Shown one piece after another: positions 8,663 through 16,765 of a stretch of 28,461 nt of DNA. Positions within the stretch are counted from its first letter, which is position 1, and every line of letters starts with the position of its first letter. A program made the translations under genes and the position numbers. This DNA comes from Candidatus Bathyarchaeia archaeon. Its GTDB lineage: Archaea > Thermoproteota > Bathyarchaeia > Bathyarchaeales > Bathycorpusculaceae. Under the pieces are notes generated by a model. That model saw nothing but the letters and a program-made list of their open reading frames with translations. It did not search any database and had not been told where the DNA came from. Location: assembly GCA_038883855.1 (NCBI GenBank), contig JAVZLH010000014.1:1-28461 (forward strand), read 5' to 3'.

Positions 8663-9007
8663 CTATCCTAAATGCTTTTTTAAAACAGCCTCTATGTGCT
8701 TTTTGGGAACAAGCCCGACAATTCTTTCAACTTCCCTTCCATTCTTCGTTATAAGTAGTGTTGGAATGCTGAAAACGTTGAAGCGTTCCGCCGTCTTCGG
8801 ATTTTCGTCCACATTAAGTTTTCCAACAAAAACCTTTCCAGCATATTCTTTGGCTAACTCTTCTATTGTGGGCTCCAAGGCTCTGCAGGGATAGCACCAG
8901 ACAGCCCAAAAGTCTATTAAAGCCAAAGTATGCTCGCTAACTACTTTGTCAAAGTTCGCGTCTGTCACTTTAGCTGGCTCAACACCCGTCACAACTTTCT
9001 CTCCCAA
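8663..9007 (-). CDS. trxA: Thioredoxin (WCYPC active site)
   Basis: [26 protein letters not shown]. Confidence 0.92.
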   Translation of the reverse strand: MGEKVVTGVEPAKVTDANFDKVVSEHTLALIDFWAVWCYPCRALEPTIEELAKEYAGKVFVGKLNVDENPKTAERFNVFSIPTLLITKNGREVERIVGLVPKKHIEAVLKKHLG

Positions 9008-9012
9008 ACTTT

Positions 9013-9513
9013 CTAAAGCTTTTCCACTTCTCTTTTGCTGCTACTCTGATATAAACAGTTTGTGTTTCCCTTTCGCCCTTCACGTTTTAAGGATTGCTGC
9101 AAAGCCCTTAGTTTTCTGTAGGCTTCGTTTGGGTTTGGGATTTCATCCGCTAACTTTTCGAATGGGCACACGTTTTTTCCGTCAACGCCCAAAATGTTTT
9201 CCACAAGGTTTTCCCATTCGTGGTGAACCGAGTTTTCTTCCAGCACGGTCTTCGCTTTTTTGCTTAGCGTCACAGCATAAACTGCCCTAACCTTTGCGTA
9301 AACGCACAGCAAGGCGATGGCTTTTCCAACAATCCTATCTGCAACAGAAGCTTTTTCAAGGTGGGTTCCACATTTTTCAATCGCCTCCAAAAAGCCTGAA
9401 ACCCCATGCGAGGCTGTTTCAAAGAGCACTTTGCCATCTTTCACTATTGAAAGGGTTAGGTTCTCTCCTTTAAGCCGACTTTTTGCAATTTCCAACTCTT
9501 GAAGCGTCATCAA
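9013..9513 (-). CDS. DUF1893 (TM1506-like) protein
   Basis: [17 protein letters not shown]...G...CPFE. Confidence 0.85.
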   Translation of the reverse strand: MMTLQELEIAKSRLKGENLTLSIVKDGKVLFETASHGVSGFLEAIEKCGTHLEKASVADRIVGKAIALLCVYAKVRAVYAVTLSKKAKTVLEENSVHHEWENLVENILGVDGKNVCPFEKLADEIPNPNEAYRKLRALQQSLKREGRKGNTNCLYQSSSKREVEKL

Positions 9514-9542
9514 AACATGTAAAGCAATGTCTTAAAAGATAT

Positions 9543-9968
9543 TTATTGTGTTTCTATTTTGAAAAGCTCATGTTCTGGTTTACGCGCAATTTCCCATGCC
9601 AGTTCCTCGCTGGAAGCGCCTTCCGAAAGCTTTTCCACAATTTCTTTAACTGTCCTTTGGTTAACTGTTATTTTCAAAGTTTTGCTTGGGTTCGAAGCTT
9701 TAAAATACGCAATTATCTCCCCTTTTGAATTTTCAATCTTCAGCTTCTGATTACCCACAGTGCATTTTGTTGTGGATTGCACTCCGTCAATAACACATGA
9801 GAAGGGAGTTGAAAACGGCACTTTTACAGTTGCATGCATTTCCCCGTTCAAAGTTTTTTGGGCGATTGCCCCCGTCCTAACTCCAATAACAAGAAATGGA
9901 CCCAAATGTCCATGAAGCTTCTCAGCCACTTCTACCATGGATTTTAGCTTAGCCTCTTCATTAGACAC
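9543..9968 (-). CDS. FmdE/FwdE-family metal-binding protein
   Basis: LHGHLGPFLVIG.R, SCVIDGVQ..T.CT.GN. Confidence 0.9.
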   Translation of the reverse strand: MSNEEAKLKSMVEVAEKLHGHLGPFLVIGVRTGAIAQKTLNGEMHATVKVPFSTPFSCVIDGVQSTTKCTVGNQKLKIENSKGEIIAYFKASNPSKTLKITVNQRTVKEIVEKLSEGASSEELAWEIARKPEHELFKIETQ

Positions 9969-10500
9969 TCTTAATCCTCCTTACATTCGCCTTTTCCAAA
10001 ACGCTTATGATGGGCAACGTTACCACGACGCCAATTAAGCCTCCTGCTAGGTGCCACCCTCCCCAAAAGGTTAGCGCCCACTCTATTTGTCTGCCCATAA
10101 AGATTGTGCCTATGACTACCCCTGCAAAGTAGGCAGATACTGCAGTTGCCAGCGCAGCTATGATCATGTCACGTATTTTCAAATTGATTCGATGACCGCT
10201 CGCCAACATCAGTATATCGAAAAGCACTGATGAAATTGTAAAGCCAATAATGTGTGTTGAAGGTAGAATAAGCATGTATATTATTGCGCCTATGATGCCG
10301 ACGATTGAGGCTGCTCCAAACTTGCCAACTATCCACACGGTTAACAGAAGTGTGAAGAAAACTGCGAAGTCACAGAATATTGGGAGATTGAACCAAGTGA
10401 ACCCCAATCTTCCTATTGTCATGTTAAGGGTTGCCCAGAGAGCGCTAAAAACACCTATTAAAGCGATGTCAACCGTTTTGAAGTGTGTTTTTTCATTCAT
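9961..10500 (-). CDS. Multi-TM membrane protein, probable ECF S-component
   Basis: About five hydrophobic segments; N-terminal T.DIALIGVFSAL typical of S-components; start ATG 10500 overlaps the upstream stop. Confidence 0.6.
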   Translation of the reverse strand: MNEKTHFKTVDIALIGVFSALWATLNMTIGRLGFTWFNLPIFCDFAVFFTLLLTVWIVGKFGAASIVGIIGAIIYMLILPSTHIIGFTISSVLFDILMLASGHRINLKIRDMIIAALATAVSAYFAGVVIGTIFMGRQIEWALTFWGGWHLAGGLIGVVVTLPIISVLEKANVRRIKSV

Positions 10501-10780
10501 GCGGCTTAGCCTCTTTTTTAGCCACTGCCATTCCCACAATGTAGGATAATCCTAACACAAGGAATGTTCCGAAAACGCCAGCCAACAATGTTGAAGCGTA
10601 ACTATTGCTTATTGCTGGCAAAGTGTAGTCTGGCATTAAACCGCTCCAAAGAGGTTCATGCTCCTCCACCCCTAAAGTTTCAACAACCCTTTCTAAACCG
10701 TCTGGAGCTTCCGAAGAGAAAGGTATCAATAACGCAAGAAATGCCAGAATTAAGATTAGAGGCTTAAGGTATCCCTTCAT
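10493..10780 (-). CDS. PDGLE-domain protein (NikN-like auxiliary ECF subunit)
   Basis: S.APDGLE, PDY, two TM helices. Confidence 0.9.
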   Translation of the reverse strand: MKGYLKPLILILAFLALLIPFSSEAPDGLERVVETLGVEEHEPLWSGLMPDYTLPAISNSYASTLLAGVFGTFLVLGLSYIVGMAVAKKEAKPHE

Positions 10781-11438
10781 TTTTCGTTCTCCCAAAACGT
10801 GCTAAACCGTTAAGAACTGTGGGTTGTATTCTGCCAAGCTGAGACACGACAGTTGTGGTTATTGCGGCTTCGCCCACGCCGATAATCACATGCCAAAACA
10901 GCATTGCTGGCACAGTGGCTAATATGCCTCCAACTTCTGAGAAGGCTGGAGAAAAGCCTATCTGCAATGCGCAGGATAGCGCTCCCAGAACCACGGAGAG
11001 CCACGAAGCTGCAAAAACGCTTGGGAGAAGCCAGCTTTTCTTCGTGAAGTTTTTTGTTAGGATTTTTATTAAGAAATAGCTTAGTCCGCCTATTATCGCC
11101 ATGTTGAAGACGTTTGCTCCGAAAGCGAAGATGCCGCCGTCAGCGAAGAAAAGCGCCTGTATCAACAAAACAATTGTCATGCTTAAAATTGCAGCGTAGG
11201 GTCCCAAAACAACTGCGAGAAAGGTTCCGCCGACTAAATGTCCACTTGTTCCATATGGAATTGGAAAGTTTATCATTTGGGCGGCGAAGACGAAGGCGCT
11301 TGAAACCGCAAGAATTGGCGTGAGAGAGTGTGAATATGTGGCTTTCGCCTTTTTCCAAGCCCAGATTAGGAAGGTAGCTGATATGGCGTACATTAAGGCG
11401 CAGATTAGTGGGCTTAGGAGTCCGTCTGAAATATGCAT
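10764..11438 (-). CDS. cbiM: Ni/Co ECF transporter substrate-binding component NikM/CbiM
   Basis: N-terminal MHISDG metal-binding motif, AAQMINFP..GTSGH, ADGG...GAN..NM, H..IG.GE. Confidence 0.93.
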   Translation of the reverse strand: MHISDGLLSPLICALMYAISATFLIWAWKKAKATYSHSLTPILAVSSAFVFAAQMINFPIPYGTSGHLVGGTFLAVVLGPYAAILSMTIVLLIQALFFADGGIFAFGANVFNMAIIGGLSYFLIKILTKNFTKKSWLLPSVFAASWLSVVLGALSCALQIGFSPAFSEVGGILATVPAMLFWHVIIGVGEAAITTTVVSQLGRIQPTVLNGLARFGRTKNEGIP

Positions 11439-11448
11439 TCCATCACCA

Positions 11449-11476
11449 GTAACACTTTTTAGAGTTTCTGTGTTAC
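11449..11476. promoter_or_regulatory. Putative NikR operator GTAACA-N16-TGTTAC
   Basis: Perfect GTAACAC/GTGTTAC inverted repeat with the 6-16-6 geometry of the E. coli NikR site, between divergent cbiM and nikR. Confidence 0.8.
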
Positions 11477-11483
11477 CGCATGC

Positions 11484-11496
11484 ATAAAAGCTTTAT
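11484..11496. promoter_or_regulatory. Near-palindromic BRE/TATA element serving divergent cbiM and nikR
   Basis: ATAAAAGCTTTAT reads as a BRE/TATA-like element on both strands. Confidence 0.5.
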
Positions 11497-11528
11497 GGTT
11501 AACCCGCAACAAAACAATGGGAAAACCC

Positions 11529-11936
11529 ATGACAAAAATAGTCCGCGTCGGAGTAACGTTTCCCCCAGACCTCCTTAAAGACTTCGACGAAATAATACGT
11601 AAAATGGGTTACGAAAACCGTTCGAAAGCAGTCCAAGACGCTGTTAGAATTTTCATTTCAGAGCGAAAGTGGCTTCAAGAAGAGCAGGGAACCCAAGCTG
11701 GAGTTTTGATGATGCTCTATGACCATGAAGTCAGGGGACTTGAAGAAGCGCTCACCGATGTTCAGCACGATTACGCTGACATAATCTTTTCAACAATGCA
11801 CATTCACCTAGGCGAAAGAGACTGCCTAGAAGCGATAGCAGTCAAAGGCGAAGCCTCAAGAGTCAGGAAACTAAGTGACGAATTAGCAGCAAAAAGAGGC
11901 GTGAAAATCTTAAAAACCATGATTGTCTCAGTTTAG
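11529..11936 (+). CDS. nikR: Nickel-responsive regulator NikR
   Basis: RHH N-terminus (R.GVTF, GY.NRSKA); YDH, QH, HIHL....CLE Ni ligands. Confidence 0.95.
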   Translation: MTKIVRVGVTFPPDLLKDFDEIIRKMGYENRSKAVQDAVRIFISERKWLQEEQGTQAGVLMMLYDHEVRGLEEALTDVQHDYADIIFSTMHIHLGERDCLEAIAVKGEASRVRKLSDELAAKRGVKILKTMIVSV

Positions 11937-11944
11937 CACTTCCC

Positions 11945-12853
11945 TCATTTTAACTCAAACATCTTCTCCAAAGCCCTTCTAGCCTTACTTGCTATGGGCT
12001 CTGGGACAGTCACGACATGTTTCTCTTCCTTCAAAGCCATGTAAAGCCTCTCCAAAGTATTCAACTTCATGTTTGGGCAAACGGCCCCCTCATAAGCCAA
12101 AACAAACCTTTTCTGAGGGTTCTCCTTGCGCAGACGATGCAGAAGCCCTTCCTCCGTAGCTACAATAAAGGTTTTAGCGCTGCTTTCTTTCGCATACTTA
12201 CACATCTGTGAGGTGCTTCCAATGAAATCTCCGACTTTCCGCATTTCACCTGAGCATTCTGGATGAACCATAACCACAGCATCTGGATACTGCATCTTAA
12301 GCACATGCACCTCTTCAGGCTGAAACAGTAGATGCGTTGGGCAGAAACCCCGCTCAGGAATCGGAATTATGGTCTTCCTAGTTTTTTCTTGAACGTATTC
12401 AGCCAAGTTGTGGTCTGGTCCAAAAAGCACCCTGTCAGAATTTATAGACTCAATAACTTTAACGGCGTTTGCAGAAGTACAGCATATGTCACAGTAGGCT
12501 TTTGCTGCAGCCAAAGAATTCACGTAAAGCACTAGGGGCACGTTTGGATAAAGCACCTTACACCTCTTAATCTCATCAACAGTAAGCATCTGCGCCATTG
12601 GACACCGCGCACCAAGAGAAGGCAACAAAACCTTCTTTTTGGGATTCAAAATGGCAGCGGATTCCGCCATAAAATCCACAGCGGCAAAAACTATTATTTC
12701 TGCTTCCTTTTCATCCATGGCTTTCCGGCTGAGCTCTATGCTGTCGCCAACATAGTCCGCCACGTCTTGGATTTCTGGTCTCTGATAGTTATGGGCTAGA
12801 ATTATGGCTTTCTTCTCTTTCTTCAGTTTAAGTATTTTTTCAGCTAACTCCAC
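11945..12853 (-). CDS. nadA: Quinolinate synthase
   Basis: ILAHNYQ, GDS..LS, FMAE, CPMA, YVNS, CPTH, HPEC, CPNMK. Confidence 0.97.
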   Translation of the reverse strand: MELAEKILKLKKEKKAIILAHNYQRPEIQDVADYVGDSIELSRKAMDEKEAEIIVFAAVDFMAESAAILNPKKKVLLPSLGARCPMAQMLTVDEIKRCKVLYPNVPLVLYVNSLAAAKAYCDICCTSANAVKVIESINSDRVLFGPDHNLAEYVQEKTRKTIIPIPERGFCPTHLLFQPEEVHVLKMQYPDAVVMVHPECSGEMRKVGDFIGSTSQMCKYAKESSAKTFIVATEEGLLHRLRKENPQKRFVLAYEGAVCPNMKLNTLERLYMALKEEKHVVTVPEPIASKARRALEKMFELK

Positions 12854-12927
12854 TAAGTTCGCCTTGTTGCCATCTTTTAGGGTTTGGTGAAGAGTTTTCT
12901 AATTAAACCGCAAGATATATCTTTTAC

Positions 12928-13923
12928 CTACACCTTCGCCTTCATTTTTCGCTTCAAAAGTAGAAGTCCAATTATTGCTGTCAAGCCAACAAGCGACACC
13001 CCTAAAACCCCGTTTATTTCATGTAAAAAAGCCAAAAATATTAGAAAAGAAAGAGCACCAGCCACTATCGCCAATCTGCTAGGAGCGGATTCTGGGTTTT
13101 CCCAATCAAAGCCGTCCAACAACTTTAGCATGCCGAAAACAAACGCCATTCCAAAAAGCATTAGGACGATTGGAGTGTTTATGAAGCTTGGACCGGCCCA
13201 AAACAGCAGAAAAAAGACGGTAGTGCTCACTAAACCAGCAGTCCAGAAAAGTTTTGGTTTGCCAGCTTTCTTTTCTTTTGCATTCTGTTTTTCTAAAGGA
13301 ATTTTGTATGCTATGTAAATGAGTAGAAACATTGCGAACATGGCTAGCACGTAATGCGTTAATGGTGGAATGTAAGGCGTCAAAAAGAAATATCCCAAGG
13401 CTGTCACAAATGCCAACAAAACCACTAAACCGGCGAACGTGCGCTTGCCTATCCAGCTTTCGCCTTTCCTCTCCGGATAAGCAAGTTCAACAAGCACAAC
13501 AGGAATTGTTATGCTGAAAACAGCATGATAAATAACAAGCATTTCACTCCAAACCCAGTTAACCTCCAACCATCTGCCGTAAACTCCCAAAACCCCCAAA
13601 TCCACCCACTCTGGATCGAAAAAACTTTTCACCATCAACCCCTCCTCAAGTATCCCATATGCGGCTCCAAGCAGAAGCAAAGCCCTAAAGTCCTTTTTCC
13701 ATCGAACTTTAAGTTCACGCATCAAAACTGCGCCGCTACCATACAAAGAAGCAAGCAAAAAGAAAACAATTGGGTTAAAAAACTCCAGCGGCGGCGAGGA
13801 GCCAGAAAGAAGTTCACCTATCGCAGGAGCCAAAACAAACAACACAAGAGGAGGCGAAAGCTTAGGCTTCTTCAATCCTATAATCTCCTTAGGTAAACAG
13901 TTATGAAGATATTTCCATATCAC
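12928..13923 (-). CDS. Uncharacterised polytopic membrane protein
   Basis: Many TM segments; LAP.IGELLSGS, LYG, AYGILEEGL..KSFFDP, YHAVFSI; start probably ~13873. Confidence 0.75.
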   Translation of the reverse strand: MIWKYLHNCLPKEIIGLKKPKLSPPLVLFVLAPAIGELLSGSSPPLEFFNPIVFFLLASLYGSGAVLMRELKVRWKKDFRALLLLGAAYGILEEGLMVKSFFDPEWVDLGVLGVYGRWLEVNWVWSEMLVIYHAVFSITIPVVLVELAYPERKGESWIGKRTFAGLVVLLAFVTALGYFFLTPYIPPLTHYVLAMFAMFLLIYIAYKIPLEKQNAKEKKAGKPKLFWTAGLVSTTVFFLLFWAGPSFINTPIVLMLFGMAFVFGMLKLLDGFDWENPESAPSRLAIVAGALSFLIFLAFLHEINGVLGVSLVGLTAIIGLLLLKRKMKAKV

Positions 13924-14053
13924 AAATGAAGTCCTTACGACACATATTAAAGTTTATGACATGCTGATTCACCAACGGTGGTGCAGGTCAAGTTCAATTT
14001 TCGGAATGCATGTTTGCGTTTAGTAAGTGTTTTATGTTTATCAATGAAAGAAC

Positions 14054-14299
14054 ATGTGTTGGATTGAGAAAGTGATTGAATACACGGAGCATGCAATATT
14101 TCGAATGAGATATAGAAGTATATCCAAAACTAGCGTTGAAGAGGTTGTTCAAAATCCAGATTCAATTTTTATCACGCGATTTGGCAGGTCAGCGGCGTTG
14201 AAGAGATACGGTGATAGGTTCCTAAAGGTGATTTACGAAAAGAGTAATGATAAAATAACAGTTGTTACAGTTTATTGGACAAGGAGGCTTCAGCGGTAA
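14054..14299 (+). CDS. DUF4258 (RelE/BrnT-like) toxin
   Basis: YTEHA..RM..R.I, V..PD, LKVIY, VVTVY; stop overlaps the next start (TAATG). Confidence 0.8.
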   Translation: MCWIEKVIEYTEHAIFRMRYRSISKTSVEEVVQNPDSIFITRFGRSAALKRYGDRFLKVIYEKSNDKITVVTVYWTRRLQR

Positions 14300-14517
14300 T
14301 GGTAAGAGTTGAATATGACTCAAAGATTGATGCTATGTATATTTGGCTTAGAAAAGCCAAGTATGACATAAGCGAAGAGCTTGCAGAAAACGTTATCATA
14401 GACCTCGACAAGAGTGGGCGCATCATAGGAATAGAGATTTTAGACGCTTCGAAAAACCTAGGAAAAGAGTTAGTACACAAAATCTTGAACACGGAAAAAC
14501 CTGTAACCGCAGCCTAA
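14299..14517 (+). CDS. DUF2283 antitoxin-like protein
   Basis: V.YD...DAMYI, IDLD..G.IIGIEILDASK. Confidence 0.85.
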   Translation: MVRVEYDSKIDAMYIWLRKAKYDISEELAENVIIDLDKSGRIIGIEILDASKNLGKELVHKILNTEKPVTAA

Positions 14518-14536
14518 ATAAGAAAAGTGGCTTGAT

Positions 14537-14777
14537 TTGGAAAAGGAAGGATTAAAGGTTTGGTTTGACCCTGAAGTGACTTGCTTGAAGTGGAGTTGAG
14601 TAAGCCACGAAAGGGTTTCTTTAAAGATTTTTGGGGGGACGACGTTTTCTAAGAGATGACGAAAAGGGAAATGTGTTAGGATTTATTATTCTCAATGTCA
14701 CAAAAAGGGTGAAAAAAGCAAGAGAAATAGAACTACCCATAAAAGCTTCCTTCTCAAAAATAAAACAAACAGCCTAA
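14537..14777 (+). pseudogene. Second DUF2283-like gene, multiply frameshifted
   Basis: Fragments LKVWFDPE/DLLEV..KPRKGFFKD/GDDVF*/DEKGNVLGFIILN...KQTA*. Confidence 0.65.
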
Positions 14778-14789
14778 AACAAATTTAGC

Positions 14790-14842
14790 GCGACGGGCCG
14801 AATTTGAACCGGCGAACCACCATGGAAAAAGGAATTCATAGG
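14790..14842 (-). repeat. Degenerate direct repeat of the tRNA-Leu 3' portion (att-like)
   Basis: 14790-14818 matches 16339-16367 at 27/29 nt; weaker similarity continues to TCATAGG, which is intron sequence in the tRNA. Confidence 0.85.
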
Positions 14843-15122
14843 TAGCTTATTATCTTGTTTTTTGGGGGGCTAACAATTTCAAGTACATCGCTTTCTAAAG
14901 CTTTGCGAAATACACGATCCGCATTTCTCTTATAAAAAGCCTCTATTTCCTCTTTAGTAAAGCTTGACCTAACAAATTTTCTTGCTTCCGATTTTATCTT
15001 ATTTTTTGATTGTCAGAGATAAATTGCAGTAGTATCCAATAGACCGCTGATAAAGCGCGTGTCTCTATTGTCAGAAGTTCAAGTTCTTTCCGAAGTTCTT
15101 TATTTACTTGTGCTAAGCTCAA
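14836..15122 (-). pseudogene. Small helical protein (~95 aa if repaired), frameshifted in an A6 run near 15002-15007
   Basis: TTG after GGGGTGA; LSLAQVNKELRKELELL...; the alternative frame continues NKIKSEARKFVRSSF...ISYL*. Confidence 0.4.
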
Positions 15123-15126
15123 TCTT

Positions 15127-16310
15127 TCACCCCATCAGGATCTTACTTATTTGTTCTGATAATTTATCTTTATTTGAACTGAGCGACAAGGTGACCGCTT
15201 TTTCGGCGTACATCAATCCGTAATCTTCAACTTTAAATCCGCGACCTTCCCATAATCTCCGAAAATTTTCTTGATCCATTATAGCAGGTTTCGTCACGCG
15301 AATCATAACATCTCCTTTTTCCAATTCTAAGACCCAACAATCAACCGTCGATGCTTCATATTTAGAGATTACTTTTCTCAAGATTTTTTGAATAGTTAAC
15401 TCGATTGCATTTATTTCTTTGCGTTTCTTCGACTCTGTTTCCAATTTCAATTCTTCTTCTTTATTTCGTGCCAGTTTATACCAAGTTTTTGTTCCGCGAT
15501 ATTTGATTGTATATACTTTGTTTTCAGGGATGCCGAATTTTCTAAGTGTTTCACGTAATATCTCTTCAGAAGCTTCATACTTTGGAGTATTCCAAAGCAC
15601 TTGAAGGGCTACATCTCCAAGTTTTTCGCTTGGGATAATTGAAAGACACTTTTGATCAAAAATTCTCCTATCTTTTTTAGAAAGCGAGCGTCAAAGACGC
15701 TTGTAGAGAGCTTTTTATGTTCTAATTTTAAGAATTCTTCATATTCATCTTTGGTCGGTTCAAGAACACAGTCTTGCGGTGAGTCATAAGACCAATTTTC
15801 AAAAATCGGAATTTCATAATAGATGTAAACTCTTCCTGATATTGGTGTGAACGCTCTGCTATCCATTTCAAATTGTATATGAATTCCCTTTATACCTTTC
15901 GTCAAAAGTCTTCTTGTAACCGTATCCCACCATAACATATAAGGAATACAGAGGCGAGACCATCCAAAAAGTTCACTCCAACTCATTGTAGCAACCCACT
16001 CCATTGGAATACGTCTATTCTTAATTTCGGAAGACAAAGGACCACGAAATGCATCTTCTAAACTCATGCCTTTCTCATAACACTCAAAAATGAGATTATG
16101 ACATTCACTTAGACTGCTGAATGCCCTATGCCATTGCTCAAATTCATCCTTTACTTTCATGTGAATAATAACATCTAAATCTCCTGGCAGCACTTCTCCT
16201 CTAATATAACTTCCATGAACAAATACTCTCAAGATTGTTACTGGGAGAAAAGTGTGTTTTACTCTTTTTATCATTTCTTTCAGGTTTCTAGTAAGAGTGT
16301 CTCTCTTCAC
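15127..16310 (-). pseudogene. Pol-beta-superfamily nucleotidyltransferase-domain protein (~390 aa), split by a frameshift near 15650
   Basis: FVHGSYIRGEVLPGDLDV (GS...DxD); the frame of ORF 15127-15600 extends upstream (CLSIIPSEKLGDVALQV) to an A4 run, joining the two ORFs. Confidence 0.65.
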
Positions 16311-16334
16311 ATTTTCTCCCCTATAACTCTTAAA

Positions 16335-16457
16335 TGGTGCGGCGGGCCGGATTTGAACCGGCGAACCCCTACGGGAGAGGATGGCTCATAGGGGCTTTAT
16401 AGCCTTCCAGCGCCGATCTTGAGTCCTCCGCCTTTGACCTGACTTGGCTACCGCCGC
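16335..16457 (-). tRNA. tRNA-Leu(CAA) with 35-nt intron at 37/38 and encoded CCA
   Basis: Acceptor GCGGCGG/CCGCCGC-A-CCA; anticodon stem GAGGA/TCCTC; loop CT-CAA-G|intron 16417-16383|A; CTCA/TGAG central helix of a BHB motif; long variable arm. Confidence 0.95.
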
Positions 16458-16765
16458 CTAATGTTTCAATTTGGATAATGATAATTTAAGCTTACCGACT
16501 GGAAAATCTAGAGGTGGGTAGGGTCTGTATTGGCTTTGAAAACTTTCAATAGTTGTTTAGCGTTGTTGGTAACTAGCCTAAAAGTGGAGTTGTCCACAAA
16601 AAAGTTTATTAGTGAGGTGTGTTGTTTTTACGGTTTAGCTTCACAAAATTGGAGACTTTTTCGGTTGGATGATCCAACAACGGGAGGAAATTGAAAGTTT
16701 GAGTAAACCCGCAAATCCACATGTCAAAAAACGTTTAAATTTGAGAATGCGGGGGCTGATTTGGT

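Larger units (their letters stand above)
14790..16367. mobile_element. Decayed mini-island integrated at tRNA-Leu(CAA)
   Basis: Flanked by the tRNA 3' end and its partial copy; AT-rich cargo; no integrase visible. Confidence 0.65.
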
